64,000 nt of DNA from positions 8,534-72,533 of the forward strand of contig JAZQFD010000009.1 of the NCBI GenBank assembly GCA_045539335.1, read 5' to 3'. This document shows positions 1 through 9,266 of the stretch, in pieces. The stretch is from Eubacteriales bacterium. GTDB lineage: Bacteria > Bacillota > Clostridia > Oscillospirales > QAKW01. Every line of letters starts with the position of its first letter. Positions within the stretch are counted from its first letter, which is position 1. Under the pieces are notes generated by a model. That model searched no databases and was not told the origin of the DNA. It was given only the letters and a program-made list of their open reading frames with translations. A program made the position numbers and the translations under genes.

Positions 1-2370
1 CACCGAAGCTGCAGCATAACCGCCGCCATAAATATGACCAGAACTATCCGAATCGTTATAAATCGTTCCGCCTGTGATGGTCAAAGTGGTACTGCCGGTC
101 ACAGAGCCGCTGTTTCCGCCGCCGTAGACATTGCCGGTAATCGTACCGCTGATAATATCCAATGCCACATCGCCGGCTACCGAGCCGTTGTTACCGCCAC
201 CAAAAAGATTATTGGTAATGGTGGCTCCATCAACCGTCAAATCAACACCGGCTACAGAGGTGGTATTCTTATTACCTCCGCCATAGACCGTGGCGATTTT
301 ACCGCCGTTCAAATGAATCTTGGGCACGCCGGCATAGGTGCCGTCGCTACAACCGCCATACAGGTTCGTAATATTTCCGCCGGTCACATCGATTTGGACG
401 GTTCCGGAAACAGGAGCAGCATTACCGGTGGCATAAACCGTTCCGATGGTTCCGCCTTCAATCGCAGCAGTTACATTTCCTTTAATTGCCGTGGCAGAGG
501 TATGCCCGCCGCAATACACCGTCGTCAAGGTTCCGTTTTTCACCGTGACGCTAACATCTTTCCCAACAGAACCATAGCTGCGGTTTCCGCCGTATACATC
601 CTTCAGTTTGGTTTTGGCGCCATCAATCGTAATGGAAACAGAACCCGTTACAGTTGCTTGACCTGCCGCCCAAACGTTATCGGAGGCGGCGGCACGGTCC
701 GAAACAACATTATAAAAATCAATAACGATATTTCCCGTTACCGTTCCACGGTTTGAGCTACCGTAAATAAGACCGTTTACATTGGCATTGGAAGCGATAA
801 TGTTAATATCGCCCGTTAAGGCATTTGCGGTATATGACAAGGAATGGGCACCATAAAAAGCGCCATTCAAGGTAGGAACATTCGAATCGTAGGAATAGGT
901 AGTGGGGGTATCTACAAACTCCTCTTCAACAAGAGCACCGGAAACCAAGGTATAGGATGCTTCAGAGGTTGTTTCCTGACCCAGTATATAAATCTTACGA
1001 TCGCCTTGGGTGGTATTATAGGTGCCTGCACCACTTAAACTACCGGTTATTTTTCCGCCGGTAAAGAAGATACTGAGGGCCCCGTTGCGAGAAGCCACGG
1101 CACTTGTTGCGTTTCCACCGTGAACATTACCGTTTACATAGATATTTCGACCAAAACGCCAAACTTGGTTGTGTTCCTCCGGCACATCACCAAAGGGACG
1201 GGCAGAAATCTCCGCATAGAGGCCGCCGTTTACCACCGCATAATCGGTAGTAGCAAGGCGCAGATTGCGGATTGCATGAGTGCGATACTTGGGCACGCTT
1301 TGGTTCATACGAGCGGTAAACTCGCAATAATAAGGAAGGTCGGTATCAGCATCCAATGCATATTCATAACCGATGGTCTCGCCGTATTGCGTCTCAGCCG
1401 TCGTGTCATATCCGCTGGTGGTTACTTTGTATTGCCAATTAGCATGGGTATTCTCTGCGTGGAGAAAATTAATATTATCATAACGCAGGTTTCCATAAAT
1501 CTGGCCGGTTGCCAAGCCGGTATTGCTATCAATGGCGCCGGTGCCATAGGGTTTAAAGTTAAAATTAAAGGCGGTATCACCCAGGCTCTTGAAGGTGGCC
1601 GAGGCAAAAACAGGATTGCCGGCAGGGTCGGCGGCATAGCCGAAATAATGAGAAGATACGCCGGTATCTTTAAAATAGTCCAGATCGCCGGTAAGCATCA
1701 CAACGGTGGCATAAGCGTCGGCCGATTCTCCCTTTGCACGGATGGCTTCAAAAACGCTATCCACAGAAGCCTTGGGGGCAGTATTGATCAGACCGGAATT
1801 GGAATCGGCAGCGCCGGTAGCAGCGCCGCTGTTTGCGGTATCCACCGCAAAGCCGCCGGTCAAATAAGTCATATTTTCAAAAGGATTCTCTACAAAGTAG
1901 CATTGACCCCAGAGAGCCTCAAGGGTCAGAGTATAGGAGCCGCCTTCACCGGAGACATACAGATCCAACACATCAGAGGTGATGGTGTCGCCGGGCTGGA
2001 ATACGGATTTTCCGGGGATCTTTTCAGCGGAGGAAGAGATTTTCCAACCGGTGAAGGAATAGGCTTTTTCATCTTGAACAAAGGTCTCGCTATCCAGACC
2101 GTTTGCAACGGTGGGACGCAGCTCCTCCAACACAACACAATCGGAGGAATTGACCGTATAATTAGTGCTTTGGCTGACCGAAGCGCCGGTTACACTGCCG
2201 CCACCGGGCAGGGTGCCCACCGAATAGGTAATGGAGACGGTATCCCCCATCTTCACATCGGGGTTGGCGCTGACGCCGCCAATCATCATCAGGGCGCAAA
2301 CAAGCAACACCAACGCCGCCAAGGCTCCGATGCCGGTCCATATTCGCTTTTTCGCTGTATGCTTGCTCAT
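1..2370 (-). CDS. Large secreted surface protein/adhesin, 3'-truncated by the window edge (>790 aa)
   Basis: Absent from the ORF track because no stop lies in the window. I translated both ends in the same frame: MSKHTAKKRIWTGIGALAALVLLVCALMMIGGVSA (signal peptide), then an InlB-B/Listeria-Bacteroides-like repeat (YSFTGWK...QPGD...LTLEALW), and Gly/Thr/Val-rich beta-repeat sequence at the edge (GHIYGGGYAAASV). GGAGG RBS upstream. Confidence 0.8.
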   Translation of the reverse strand, partial: MSKHTAKKRIWTGIGALAALVLLVCALMMIGGVSANPDVKMGDTVSITYSVGTLPGGGSVTGASVSQSTNYTVNSSDCVVLEELRPTVANGLDSETFVQDEKAYSFTGWKISSSAEKIPGKSVFQPGDTITSDVLDLYVSGEGGSYTLTLEALWGQCYFVENPFENMTYLTGGFAVDTANSGAATGAADSNSGLINTAPKASVDSVFEAIRAKGESADAYATVVMLTGDLDYFKDTGVSSHYFGYAADPAGNPVFASATFKSLGDTAFNFNFKPYGTGAIDSNTGLATGQIYGNLRYDNINFLHAENTHANWQYKVTTSGYDTTAETQYGETIGYEYALDADTDLPYYCEFTARMNQSVPKYRTHAIRNLRLATTDYAVVNGGLYAEISARPFGDVPEEHNQVWRFGRNIYVNGNVHGGNATSAVASRNGALSIFFTGGKITGSLSGAGTYNTTQGDRKIYILGQETTSEASYTLVSGALVEEEFVDTPTTYSYDSNVPTLNGAFYGAHSLSYTANALTGDINIIASNANVNGLIYGSSNRGTVTGNIVIDFYNVVSDRAAASDNVWAAGQATVTGSVSITIDGAKTKLKDVYGGNRSYGSVGKDVSVTVKNGTLTTVYCGGHTSATAIKGNVTAAIEGGTIGTVYATGNAAPVSGTVQIDVTGGNITNLYGGCSDGTYAGVPKIHLNGGKIATVYGGGNKNTTSVAGVDLTVDGATITNNLFGGGNNGSVAGDVALDIISGTITGNVYGGGNSGSVTGSTTLTITGGTIYNDSDSSGHIYGGGYAAASV

Positions 2371-2396
2371 TTGAGTCCTCCATCAGGGTTTATTAA

Positions 2397-3311
2397 TCAG
2401 GTGCGCTCTTGAATCACAACTTGATAAGCGCCATTTTTCTTGGTGGCGATCACATCGCCGATTGTGGAATAATCCTTTGTGGGATCGGTTTTAAAGAAAT
2501 AGATGAGAATACTTTCATCTTGCTGCATGGCTTGGGTGGTAGTGGCTTGATTTAAAAAGCCGGTTTCGGGATCATTGGTGGTGAGCGCCAAGGAACCGTC
2601 CAATACATGCTTACTATTCGTGTCGATCTGCAGCAGATTGCTTGCGCTATTGACCGCCGACCAGTCGATGGCCAATTCATTGGCGGCAATGGGCTCCGAC
2701 GCCATAACTACCAAGGTGGCATAAGTGGCACCGGGCTGGTCCTCCATGCGATAGATCACCGGCTCCGGCTGACCATGGAGCACAAAGTTCAGTTTCATGG
2801 TTTTGGTATAAGGGGAATTAGATTTCACCGTAACGGTGACGGTGGAATTCCCGGTCAGTTCTGCATAGCCGGTGGGCAAAGTGAGGGTAAAGGCATCCTC
2901 CTGAGCGGCATCTTTGGTCAGGGTATAAGATGGCGCCAAGGCATTGCCACCCTTAGTTAAGGTATAGCCGGAATAGGCGGTATTGCAATCCGCCGAAACG
3001 GTATAAGTAATATTCTTATTGTTGATCCGCAGGTCATCGAAGAAATTCTGCACCTTAAAGGATAAGGACTTTTGCTCCCCGCCAAAGAGATGGATCTCCT
3101 TGGTCAGATCGGCATATTCTTGGGTATCACCCAAAAGATCGACGGTAAAGAAAAACTCATTGGCACGAAGCTGGCTTTGCACCGAAAAGAAATCCTTAAC
3201 GTATTTGGCGCCAACGCCCACAACGCCGCCCAAAACCACCACCGCAAGGCAGATGGCAATGATCAATGCCCACTTGCGCTTATTCAGTTTTGGCATCACA
3301 ATCTCTTTCAT
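2397..3311 (-). CDS. SipW-signal fibre subunit (minor pilin-like, two-domain)
   Basis: Basic N-terminus, hydrophobic stretch, then GVGA|KYV, resembling a SipW-cognate signal; beta-rich mature part; in operon with sipW genes. Confidence 0.65.
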   Translation of the reverse strand: MKEIVMPKLNKRKWALIIAICLAVVVLGGVVGVGAKYVKDFFSVQSQLRANEFFFTVDLLGDTQEYADLTKEIHLFGGEQKSLSFKVQNFFDDLRINNKNITYTVSADCNTAYSGYTLTKGGNALAPSYTLTKDAAQEDAFTLTLPTGYAELTGNSTVTVTVKSNSPYTKTMKLNFVLHGQPEPVIYRMEDQPGATYATLVVMASEPIAANELAIDWSAVNSASNLLQIDTNSKHVLDGSLALTTNDPETGFLNQATTTQAMQQDESILIYFFKTDPTKDYSTIGDVIATKKNGAYQVVIQERT

Positions 3312-3319
3312 GGAAACTC

Positions 3320-3838
3320 CTAATCAATTTGTTCGCATCGAATCTTTAAGACCACACCGTCTACCTGACGGTTATAGATAAATTCCGAATGTTCTGCTTG
3401 GGAAAGGTCCCACGCAACGGTAAGGTCGAAGACCTTTGCCGTTGCATTAGAATCAATCACAAAGGATACGGTCTTATTAACGGCATCCACCGTTGCGTCC
3501 AGCTCCTCGCAAGCCCAAGAATAAGCCAGGGGAAGATTTTCGGTGGAGTCGGTGCTGAAGGTACAGCGCACATCCACCTCGCTGTTGTTGGTAAGGATCA
3601 CCGCATCTTCTTTCACCACGGCATTTTCCGAAGGATCCAAGCTGATGGCAAAGGCCTGCTGAAATTCTTGGCCGGTCTCGGTGATATCGAATTTGGCCAC
3701 TCTTGCCTGATCCCCTTGCTCTGCCCTTGATACATAGCGGGCATAAAAGCCGCCCACTAAAGTACTGCTGAATAAAATCAACGAAATCAGCACAACCAAT
3801 ATGATAAACAACGGATCTGCTTTTCTTTTTACTTGCAT
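3320..3838 (-). CDS. SipW-signal fibre subunit (TasA/camelysin-like)
   Basis: GGFYA|RYVS...ARVAKF motif shared with 5568..6344; TNNSEV and LTVAW motifs. Confidence 0.7.
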   Translation of the reverse strand: MQVKRKADPLFIILVVLISLILFSSTLVGGFYARYVSRAEQGDQARVAKFDITETGQEFQQAFAISLDPSENAVVKEDAVILTNNSEVDVRCTFSTDSTENLPLAYSWACEELDATVDAVNKTVSFVIDSNATAKVFDLTVAWDLSQAEHSEFIYNRQVDGVVLKIRCEQID

Positions 3839-3874
3839 CGGCTGCGCCTCCTTTCATCCTAAGGGGTTCTTCCC

Positions 3875-4528
3875 CTATTCTTTGCTTTGCTCTTTATATT
3901 CTTGCTCCATGCGTTCCAGATCTTTAATGGTGATATCCAGATCGGTATGAAGCTTGGTTTCGGCCCGCAAAGTGCGGATCTCTTCTTTGATCTTTTCCAG
4001 ATCGGTTTCATCGCTCTTTTTCTCTTTTTGATAAGAGAATTCCAAAAAGAGAACCGCCAGCGCCAAAATGCAGATTACGCCCACAGGGTTTTGCACAATA
4101 TGGGTAACGACCCCCACAAAGGGGATGGCGAATACCAGGGTGCCCTTAATGGAAGAAAGGGGGACCGGCTCATCGGGAGCATTATTGGCATCCCCTTGAG
4201 TAATAGCCATATCGCCCTCCAGCTGAATGATTCGATGAATCACCAAGGTGCTGCCGCTTTGATATACCACCACATCGTTTACCTCAAAGGTATCGGCCTT
4301 TTTGATGATCACCAGATCATCCACCGAAAGCTCCGGCTCCATACTACCGGACAATACCACCGCAGCGCCATAGCCAAAGGGCATGGGCAGGGCATTGCCC
4401 GCCACTCGGGCGGCATTCCAAGAAAAGAGCCCCACACCGGCAATAATGGCCACAACGGTCAGAATCAGCAGACGGAAAATAAACCGAAGGGTTTTTCGTT
4501 TAGTTGTTTTGCGGGGTTTCTTCGGCAT
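3875..4528 (-). CDS. sipW: Signal peptidase I, SipW (ER/archaeal S26B) type
   Basis: VVLSGSMEP (Ser), VIHRI (His), TQGDANNAPD; N- and C-terminal TM segments. Start placed at ATG 4528 from RBS spacing. Confidence 0.9.
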   Translation of the reverse strand: MPKKPRKTTKRKTLRFIFRLLILTVVAIIAGVGLFSWNAARVAGNALPMPFGYGAAVVLSGSMEPELSVDDLVIIKKADTFEVNDVVVYQSGSTLVIHRIIQLEGDMAITQGDANNAPDEPVPLSSIKGTLVFAIPFVGVVTHIVQNPVGVICILALAVLFLEFSYQKEKKSDETDLEKIKEEIRTLRAETKLHTDLDITIKDLERMEQEYKEQSKE

Positions 4529-5402
4529 CCGAGTCACCTTTCTTTTTCAAACGGGGTAGCAAAATCAAAATCACAACAATCGCCAATGCGGCAATAGCAA
4601 TGATGATCATCAGGGTTATATTGGTATCGTCGCCGGTATCGGGAGCGGCATCGGGAATCTCGGCCTCGGCATGGGTGCGGATGATCACCGTCATGGAAAT
4701 ATCCCGCTCCGCCGCCAGATCTCCCAGCAGGGTATCATAGGCATCTTCCTCTGCCCCACCCCGCTCAAAGGGCCATTCCCATTCCAAAGAATACACGGCA
4801 TTGGAATGAGCGGCAAGGGTGGCCGAATCGGAAACCGCATTCAGAATCGAGGCATGCTCCATCTTCTCGGCGTTGCCGCAAAGATAGCCGCCTTCATAGT
4901 CCTTCATACGCACTTGAACCGGCAAGGTCAATTCCGGATCCGAAAAGAGCACTTCGGTGCTCATGGTATAATCCAGAGGAACATTGCCGGTATTTTTCAA
5001 AGTAAAGGTATAAGTATTCGCAGTACCGGGGGCAATCACTTTATCGTCGCCGCCATCAACGGTGACCTGCTGCTCCCCATTTTCATAAGCAATCTTAAAG
5101 ATTTCTACCGGCGTTTCTGCCATCCAGATGCCTTTATCGTCTACCACCTCAAAGCCGGGTTCAAAATCCTTGCGATAGAAGGAATAGTCGCCCCCTTCTG
5201 TGCCGGAACCGGTTTGCGGAGCCGCCGACGCAAAAGAGCGAGGGCTTTCCTCAAAGGTCAACACGATTTCAGGTACATCAGGCTGAATGGAGCGAGCCAG
5301 CCGATAGACCAGCAGCATCGCCGTTAGCACCACGCCAAAAGACAGCACAGCGCAAGTCACTTTAAGCATGGATTGGATTTTTTGAATAGCGACCTTCCTC
5401 AC
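4500..5402 (-). CDS. Fibre-related subunit with C-terminal sortase-type sorting signal
   Basis: IAPGT...KNTGNV...WEWPFE...DTLLG resembles the major subunit; ends APDTGD + hydrophobic helix + RLKKK. Confidence 0.7.
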   Translation of the reverse strand: MRKVAIQKIQSMLKVTCAVLSFGVVLTAMLLVYRLARSIQPDVPEIVLTFEESPRSFASAAPQTGSGTEGGDYSFYRKDFEPGFEVVDDKGIWMAETPVEIFKIAYENGEQQVTVDGGDDKVIAPGTANTYTFTLKNTGNVPLDYTMSTEVLFSDPELTLPVQVRMKDYEGGYLCGNAEKMEHASILNAVSDSATLAAHSNAVYSLEWEWPFERGGAEEDAYDTLLGDLAAERDISMTVIIRTHAEAEIPDAAPDTGDDTNITLMIIIAIAALAIVVILILLPRLKKKGDSDAEETPQNN

Positions 5403-5484
5403 GGTGCTGTCTCCTTTCTTTCAAAATATGATTCTTTTCTCAGAAAAAAGGTTCGATCCTCTCAGACCTCTTTTTTGAAAAAAG

Positions 5485-5522
5485 AATCGCAGTCGGCCGG
5501 CCACGTTCGGCCGACTGCGATT
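5485..5522 (-). terminator. Strong stem-loop downstream of the major fibre subunit (terminator or 3' stabiliser)
   Basis: AATCGCAGTCGGCCG-N8-CGGCCGACTGCGATT followed by CTTTTTT on the minus strand. Confidence 0.7.
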
Positions 5523-5567
5523 TAGTTAAACTCTAACGAATTTTACTTAATGATGGGTAAGTAAAAA

Positions 5568-6344
5568 TTAGTCGATCTGAGTTACCTTAGCGCCGTAGGA
5601 CAGCTCGATGGTGCTGTTGGTACCAGCAGCGGCCAGATCGCCCAGAGCGGTATCCTTAGCATCGTTGGTGCCTGCACCGGCAGCATCGAAGTCCCAAACC
5701 CAAGAAATGTCAACGTTGGCGAAAACTTCATCATCCAGAACAGTGTTGGTGTGATAGATCTTGCCTTCTGCACCGGCAGTACCGTCCAGACCGTTGATAG
5801 CAGCAACCAGAGCATCAGCAAACTTAGCAGCAGTGTTAACTTCGGCAGTCTGCTTTACTTCGATGGTAGTAGCATCGGCCTTGGTGATGGTGAACACCAG
5901 GGGGCAATAGAATTCGGCGGGAGTTAAGGGATCCTTGTCAAGATCGATCTCCCAGCCGGTCAAGGAAGCGGTAGCGTCGATGTCAACCAGAACGTCCACT
6001 TCGGGAGTACCGGCAACAGTGATCACGTCTTCAACAGTACCGGTGGTACCGGGAGCAACCAGCTCCTCAGCCTCAACAGAGGTCATAACAGTAATGTCGT
6101 TGCTGGTTTCGTTGGCGGTATAGGTACCGGCATTGTTGCCCTGAGCAACACTCTTATAGGTGTTAGCAAACAGGTTTTCAGCAGCAGCAGTAACGGTAAC
6201 GCCCCACTTTGCTACGCGAGCATCGTCGCTAACGGTGGGAGCTTCGGTCACGTACTTAGCGAAGGTTCCGCTAATAACGCAGGTGGACAGAAGGGTCAGA
6301 ACGAGAACAACACAAGCGGCTCTCATAATTACGTTTTTCTTCAT
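5568..6344 (-). CDS. Probable major SipW-processed fibre subunit (TasA/camelysin-like)
   Basis: ISGTFA|KYVT...ARVAKWGV signal; Ala/Thr-rich; strong AAAGGAG RBS; flanked by stem-loops. Confidence 0.75.
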   Translation of the reverse strand: MKKNVIMRAACVVLVLTLLSTCVISGTFAKYVTEAPTVSDDARVAKWGVTVTAAAENLFANTYKSVAQGNNAGTYTANETSNDITVMTSVEAEELVAPGTTGTVEDVITVAGTPEVDVLVDIDATASLTGWEIDLDKDPLTPAEFYCPLVFTITKADATTIEVKQTAEVNTAAKFADALVAAINGLDGTAGAEGKIYHTNTVLDDEVFANVDISWVWDFDAAGAGTNDAKDTALGDLAAAGTNSTIELSYGAKVTQID

Positions 6345-6563
6345 CGTGAAAAACTCCTTTCAATTTATGCGTGCATTTTGCCCTACACGCAGGGAGCATT
6401 TTTTTGCGTAAGACCATATCTTACGCCCGATAGATCCCAACACGGGGGAAAACTAAACCGGGCATCTCGCCCATCCGCGGAGACACCGCGGTTTATATTC
6501 ATCCCCGGCGTGGCTCCGTGGGATCGAATACCAAGATTTAAAGTGGAGCATCCGCTCCAAGGT

Positions 6564-7238
6564 TTATTCCTCTTCTTTGGAGGACTCTGCGCCTACTGCG
6601 GCGGGTTCTTTTTCAGCCTGAGCGGCTCTTAAGGCTTCCAGCTCGGCCAAAAGGGCATCGGTATCTTTTTTGGATGCCTTTTCATAAGCCTTACGGCGCA
6701 AGATATCATAGCCAACGAGCAACAGGAGGGGAACCACCACGCAAACGATAAGACCGGGGGTGGTTTGCATAAACATCGCCACATTACCCATAGCAGGGAT
6801 GCGGCTCTGATAAACGCCGATCAAGCTCTCGGCGGGAACAGGCAATTCATCGGGGGCGTTATTGGCAACACCCTGAGTAATAAAGGCAAGCTCGCCCTCA
6901 ATATCGGTCAGCTCCACCACCTTATGGGTGACCACAGCGCCGGTCTTGCTGGCAGGGTCATAGAAGGTGATTACATCGCCAACCTTTACGGTCTCGGCAT
7001 CCACACTCTTGGTGATGATCAAATCGCCGCTCTTAATATCGGGATACATGGAGTCGGTCAACACGATCATGGGCGCATAGCCATTGATCGCCGGAACATC
7101 ATCGGGGCTAACATAGCTCTTAACGATCAAGGTGCAATTCATCACCAGCATAGGGATCAACACGATGCAGAGAATAATTCCCACAACCGTCCACACCTTA
7201 TGCATGGCCGAGGTCTGTTTCTTTTCTTTTACAACCAT
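6564..7238 (-). CDS. sipW: Second SipW-type signal peptidase I
   Basis: IVLTDSMYP, VTHKV, TQGVANNAPDE; two TM segments. Confidence 0.88.
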   Translation of the reverse strand: MVVKEKKQTSAMHKVWTVVGIILCIVLIPMLVMNCTLIVKSYVSPDDVPAINGYAPMIVLTDSMYPDIKSGDLIITKSVDAETVKVGDVITFYDPASKTGAVVTHKVVELTDIEGELAFITQGVANNAPDELPVPAESLIGVYQSRIPAMGNVAMFMQTTPGLIVCVVVPLLLLVGYDILRRKAYEKASKKDTDALLAELEALRAAQAEKEPAAVGAESSKEEE

Positions 7239-7393
7239 CTTTTTCTCTCCTATAAAGAATTCGATTATTGCGATAGTGCTTCAACTTATTATAATATTAA
7301 CACATTATTTTCATTTTTGCAATGACATTTGTCAATTAAACCTAAAAGTTTTTTCATATTTTCGCTTATATTTGAGCAAATGCGACAAAAAGC

Positions 7394-7425
7394 AAATTAC
7401 CGAAAGAGGATTCTTTCGGTAATTT
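7394..7425 (-). terminator. Intrinsic terminator of the Ala/Gly symporter gene
   Basis: AAATTACCGAAAGA-GGAT-TCTTTCGGTAATTT inverted repeat just past the stop codon. Confidence 0.65.
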
Positions 7426-7440
7426 ACGATATTGAATTAA

Positions 7441-9003
7441 TTAAAGAATTACATCTTCATCGGTGCTGGCTTCAGCCTGAGCCTGAATCTCTTCAAAATA
7501 AGAATACATAGGCTTCACATCCTTGCCCTTGAGCTTGCGATTGATATAGTTTTTGGTAATCTTCGTAACTAAGGGGCTCAAGAGTACCACGGCGATCAGG
7601 TTGGGGATCATCATCAGACCGTTGAAGGTATCAGAGATATCCCAAGCCAAAGAAGAGGTCATCAAAGCACCGGAAACGATCATCAACACAAAGATCACTT
7701 TATAGATCTTCACGCCCTTTTCACCAAAGAGATACTCCACAGCCTTAGAGCCATACTGAGACCAGCCCAAAACGGTGGTAAAGGCGAAGAGCAGCATGGC
7801 GATGGCCACAAACCACTGACCAAACTGGCCATAAACATTGCCAAAGGCCTGGCTGATCAAGGTTGCATCATTGGTGCCTGCCGCAGGCATACCGGTTTCC
7901 AGATTGATGATGCCGGAGGTCAATGCCACTAAAGCAGTCATGGTACAAACAACCACGGTATCAAAGAATACCTCAAAGATACCCCACATACCTTGCTTCA
8001 CCGGCTCTTTTACATTGGAAGAGGAGTGAACCATAACCGAAGAACCGAGACCGGCCTCATTGGAGAAAACGCCACGCTTACAACCCTGCACGATGACCAG
8101 CTTAATAGCGGCACCGGTAGCACCACCGGCCAATGCTTTTACACCGAGAGCATGCTTAAAGATAGAAGCAAACGCAGGCAGAATCTTATCATAGTTGATT
8201 CCGACAACAATCAAACCCAATACGATATAGGCAACTGCCATAAAGGGAACCACACGCTCTGCCACCGAGGCAATTCGCTGGAGACCGCCGATAATGATCA
8301 GCGCACCAACTACCAGCAATACCAAACCGATGATCAGGTTCACCAAATTCAGTTCCATTACCGCATGATCGCCATTGAAGATCTGAATGGTCATATCCAC
8401 ATGGGAGAAGAAGGCTTCCTCCATATTCAGAACGATCTTATTGACCTGACCCATATTACCGATACCGAAGGAGGCCAGGATGGCAAAGATGGCAAAGAGG
8501 ACAGCCAATACGGCGGCCACCCATTTCATGCCCTTCATTTTGCCCACACCGTCTTTTAAGTAATACATAGCGCCGCCGGACCACTCACCGTCGCTATTCT
8601 TACGGCGGAAGAAGATGCCCAGCACATTTTCGGAATAGTTGGTCATCATGCCCAAGAAGGCGGCCACCCACATCCACAGCACCGCACCGGGACCACCAAT
8701 GCAAATAGCAGCTGCCACACCGGCGATATTACCGGTACCAACGGTTGCCGCCAAGGCGGTACAAAGGGCTTGGAACTGGGAAATGGACTTATTGTCGGTC
8801 TTTTTCGTGGACTTACTGTCCCTCTTAAAAAGACTGCCGATGGTGGTCTTCCACCAATGGCCCAGATGAGTGATCTGGAAAACACCGGTGGCGACCGTCA
8901 TCACCAAGCCCACTGCCAACAACAGATACAGACCAAAATCCGTCCAGATCCAGGTGTTGATCACATTATTGATCTCTGTCACCTTTTCTACAAAACCGTT
9001 CAC
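7441..9003 (-). CDS. Alanine/glycine:cation symporter (AGCS family)
   Basis: ATVGTGNIAGVA, GGPGAVLWMW and RGVFSNEAGLGS motifs; many TM helices. Confidence 0.95.
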   Translation of the reverse strand: MNGFVEKVTEINNVINTWIWTDFGLYLLLAVGLVMTVATGVFQITHLGHWWKTTIGSLFKRDSKSTKKTDNKSISQFQALCTALAATVGTGNIAGVAAAICIGGPGAVLWMWVAAFLGMMTNYSENVLGIFFRRKNSDGEWSGGAMYYLKDGVGKMKGMKWVAAVLAVLFAIFAILASFGIGNMGQVNKIVLNMEEAFFSHVDMTIQIFNGDHAVMELNLVNLIIGLVLLVVGALIIIGGLQRIASVAERVVPFMAVAYIVLGLIVVGINYDKILPAFASIFKHALGVKALAGGATGAAIKLVIVQGCKRGVFSNEAGLGSSVMVHSSSNVKEPVKQGMWGIFEVFFDTVVVCTMTALVALTSGIINLETGMPAAGTNDATLISQAFGNVYGQFGQWFVAIAMLLFAFTTVLGWSQYGSKAVEYLFGEKGVKIYKVIFVLMIVSGALMTSSLAWDISDTFNGLMMIPNLIAVVLLSPLVTKITKNYINRKLKGKDVKPMYSYFEEIQAQAEASTDEDVIL

Positions 9004-9037
9004 TTTAAAAGTTCCCTCCTAAAATAATATACATATT

Positions 9038-9190
9038 AAAAAACAGACCATGGACAAATACCACGGTCTGTTATCAAATACCGATTGCTTTGTCCTTTTG
9101 CCTGAGAGTTTCGGGCGATGCGCCCTTGCCCCTTCGGCACCCAATTCAATGGGATTCTCCAAAGTTCTATCCCCTTACAGTCCTCCTGCA
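9038..9190 (-). promoter_or_regulatory. Glycine riboswitch (single aptamer) with terminator expression platform
   Basis: Minus strand reads CTTTGGAGA...GCCGAAGGGGCAA...AAACTCTCAGGCAAAAGGACAAAG, then CAGACCGTGG-N7-CCATGGTCTG-TTTTTT; upstream of an AGCS gene, the usual context. Confidence 0.9.
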
Positions 9191-9266
9191 AGGATCATTT
9201 AGATTATTCTATTGAATGAACTTTTATATTTTAACACACTAAAATAAAAAAGTCAACTCTTTTTTA

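Noticed and set aside
34-2412. Plus-strand ORFs 34..756, 844..1038 and 1120..2412
   Set aside because: Antisense shadows of the minus-strand adhesin, which has the RBS, signal peptide and protein-like composition.
6345-6563. c-di-GMP riboswitch or tRNA in the fibre operon spacer
   Set aside because: No GEMM-type signature or tRNA T-loop/acceptor pattern that I could recognise; reported as an unknown structure.
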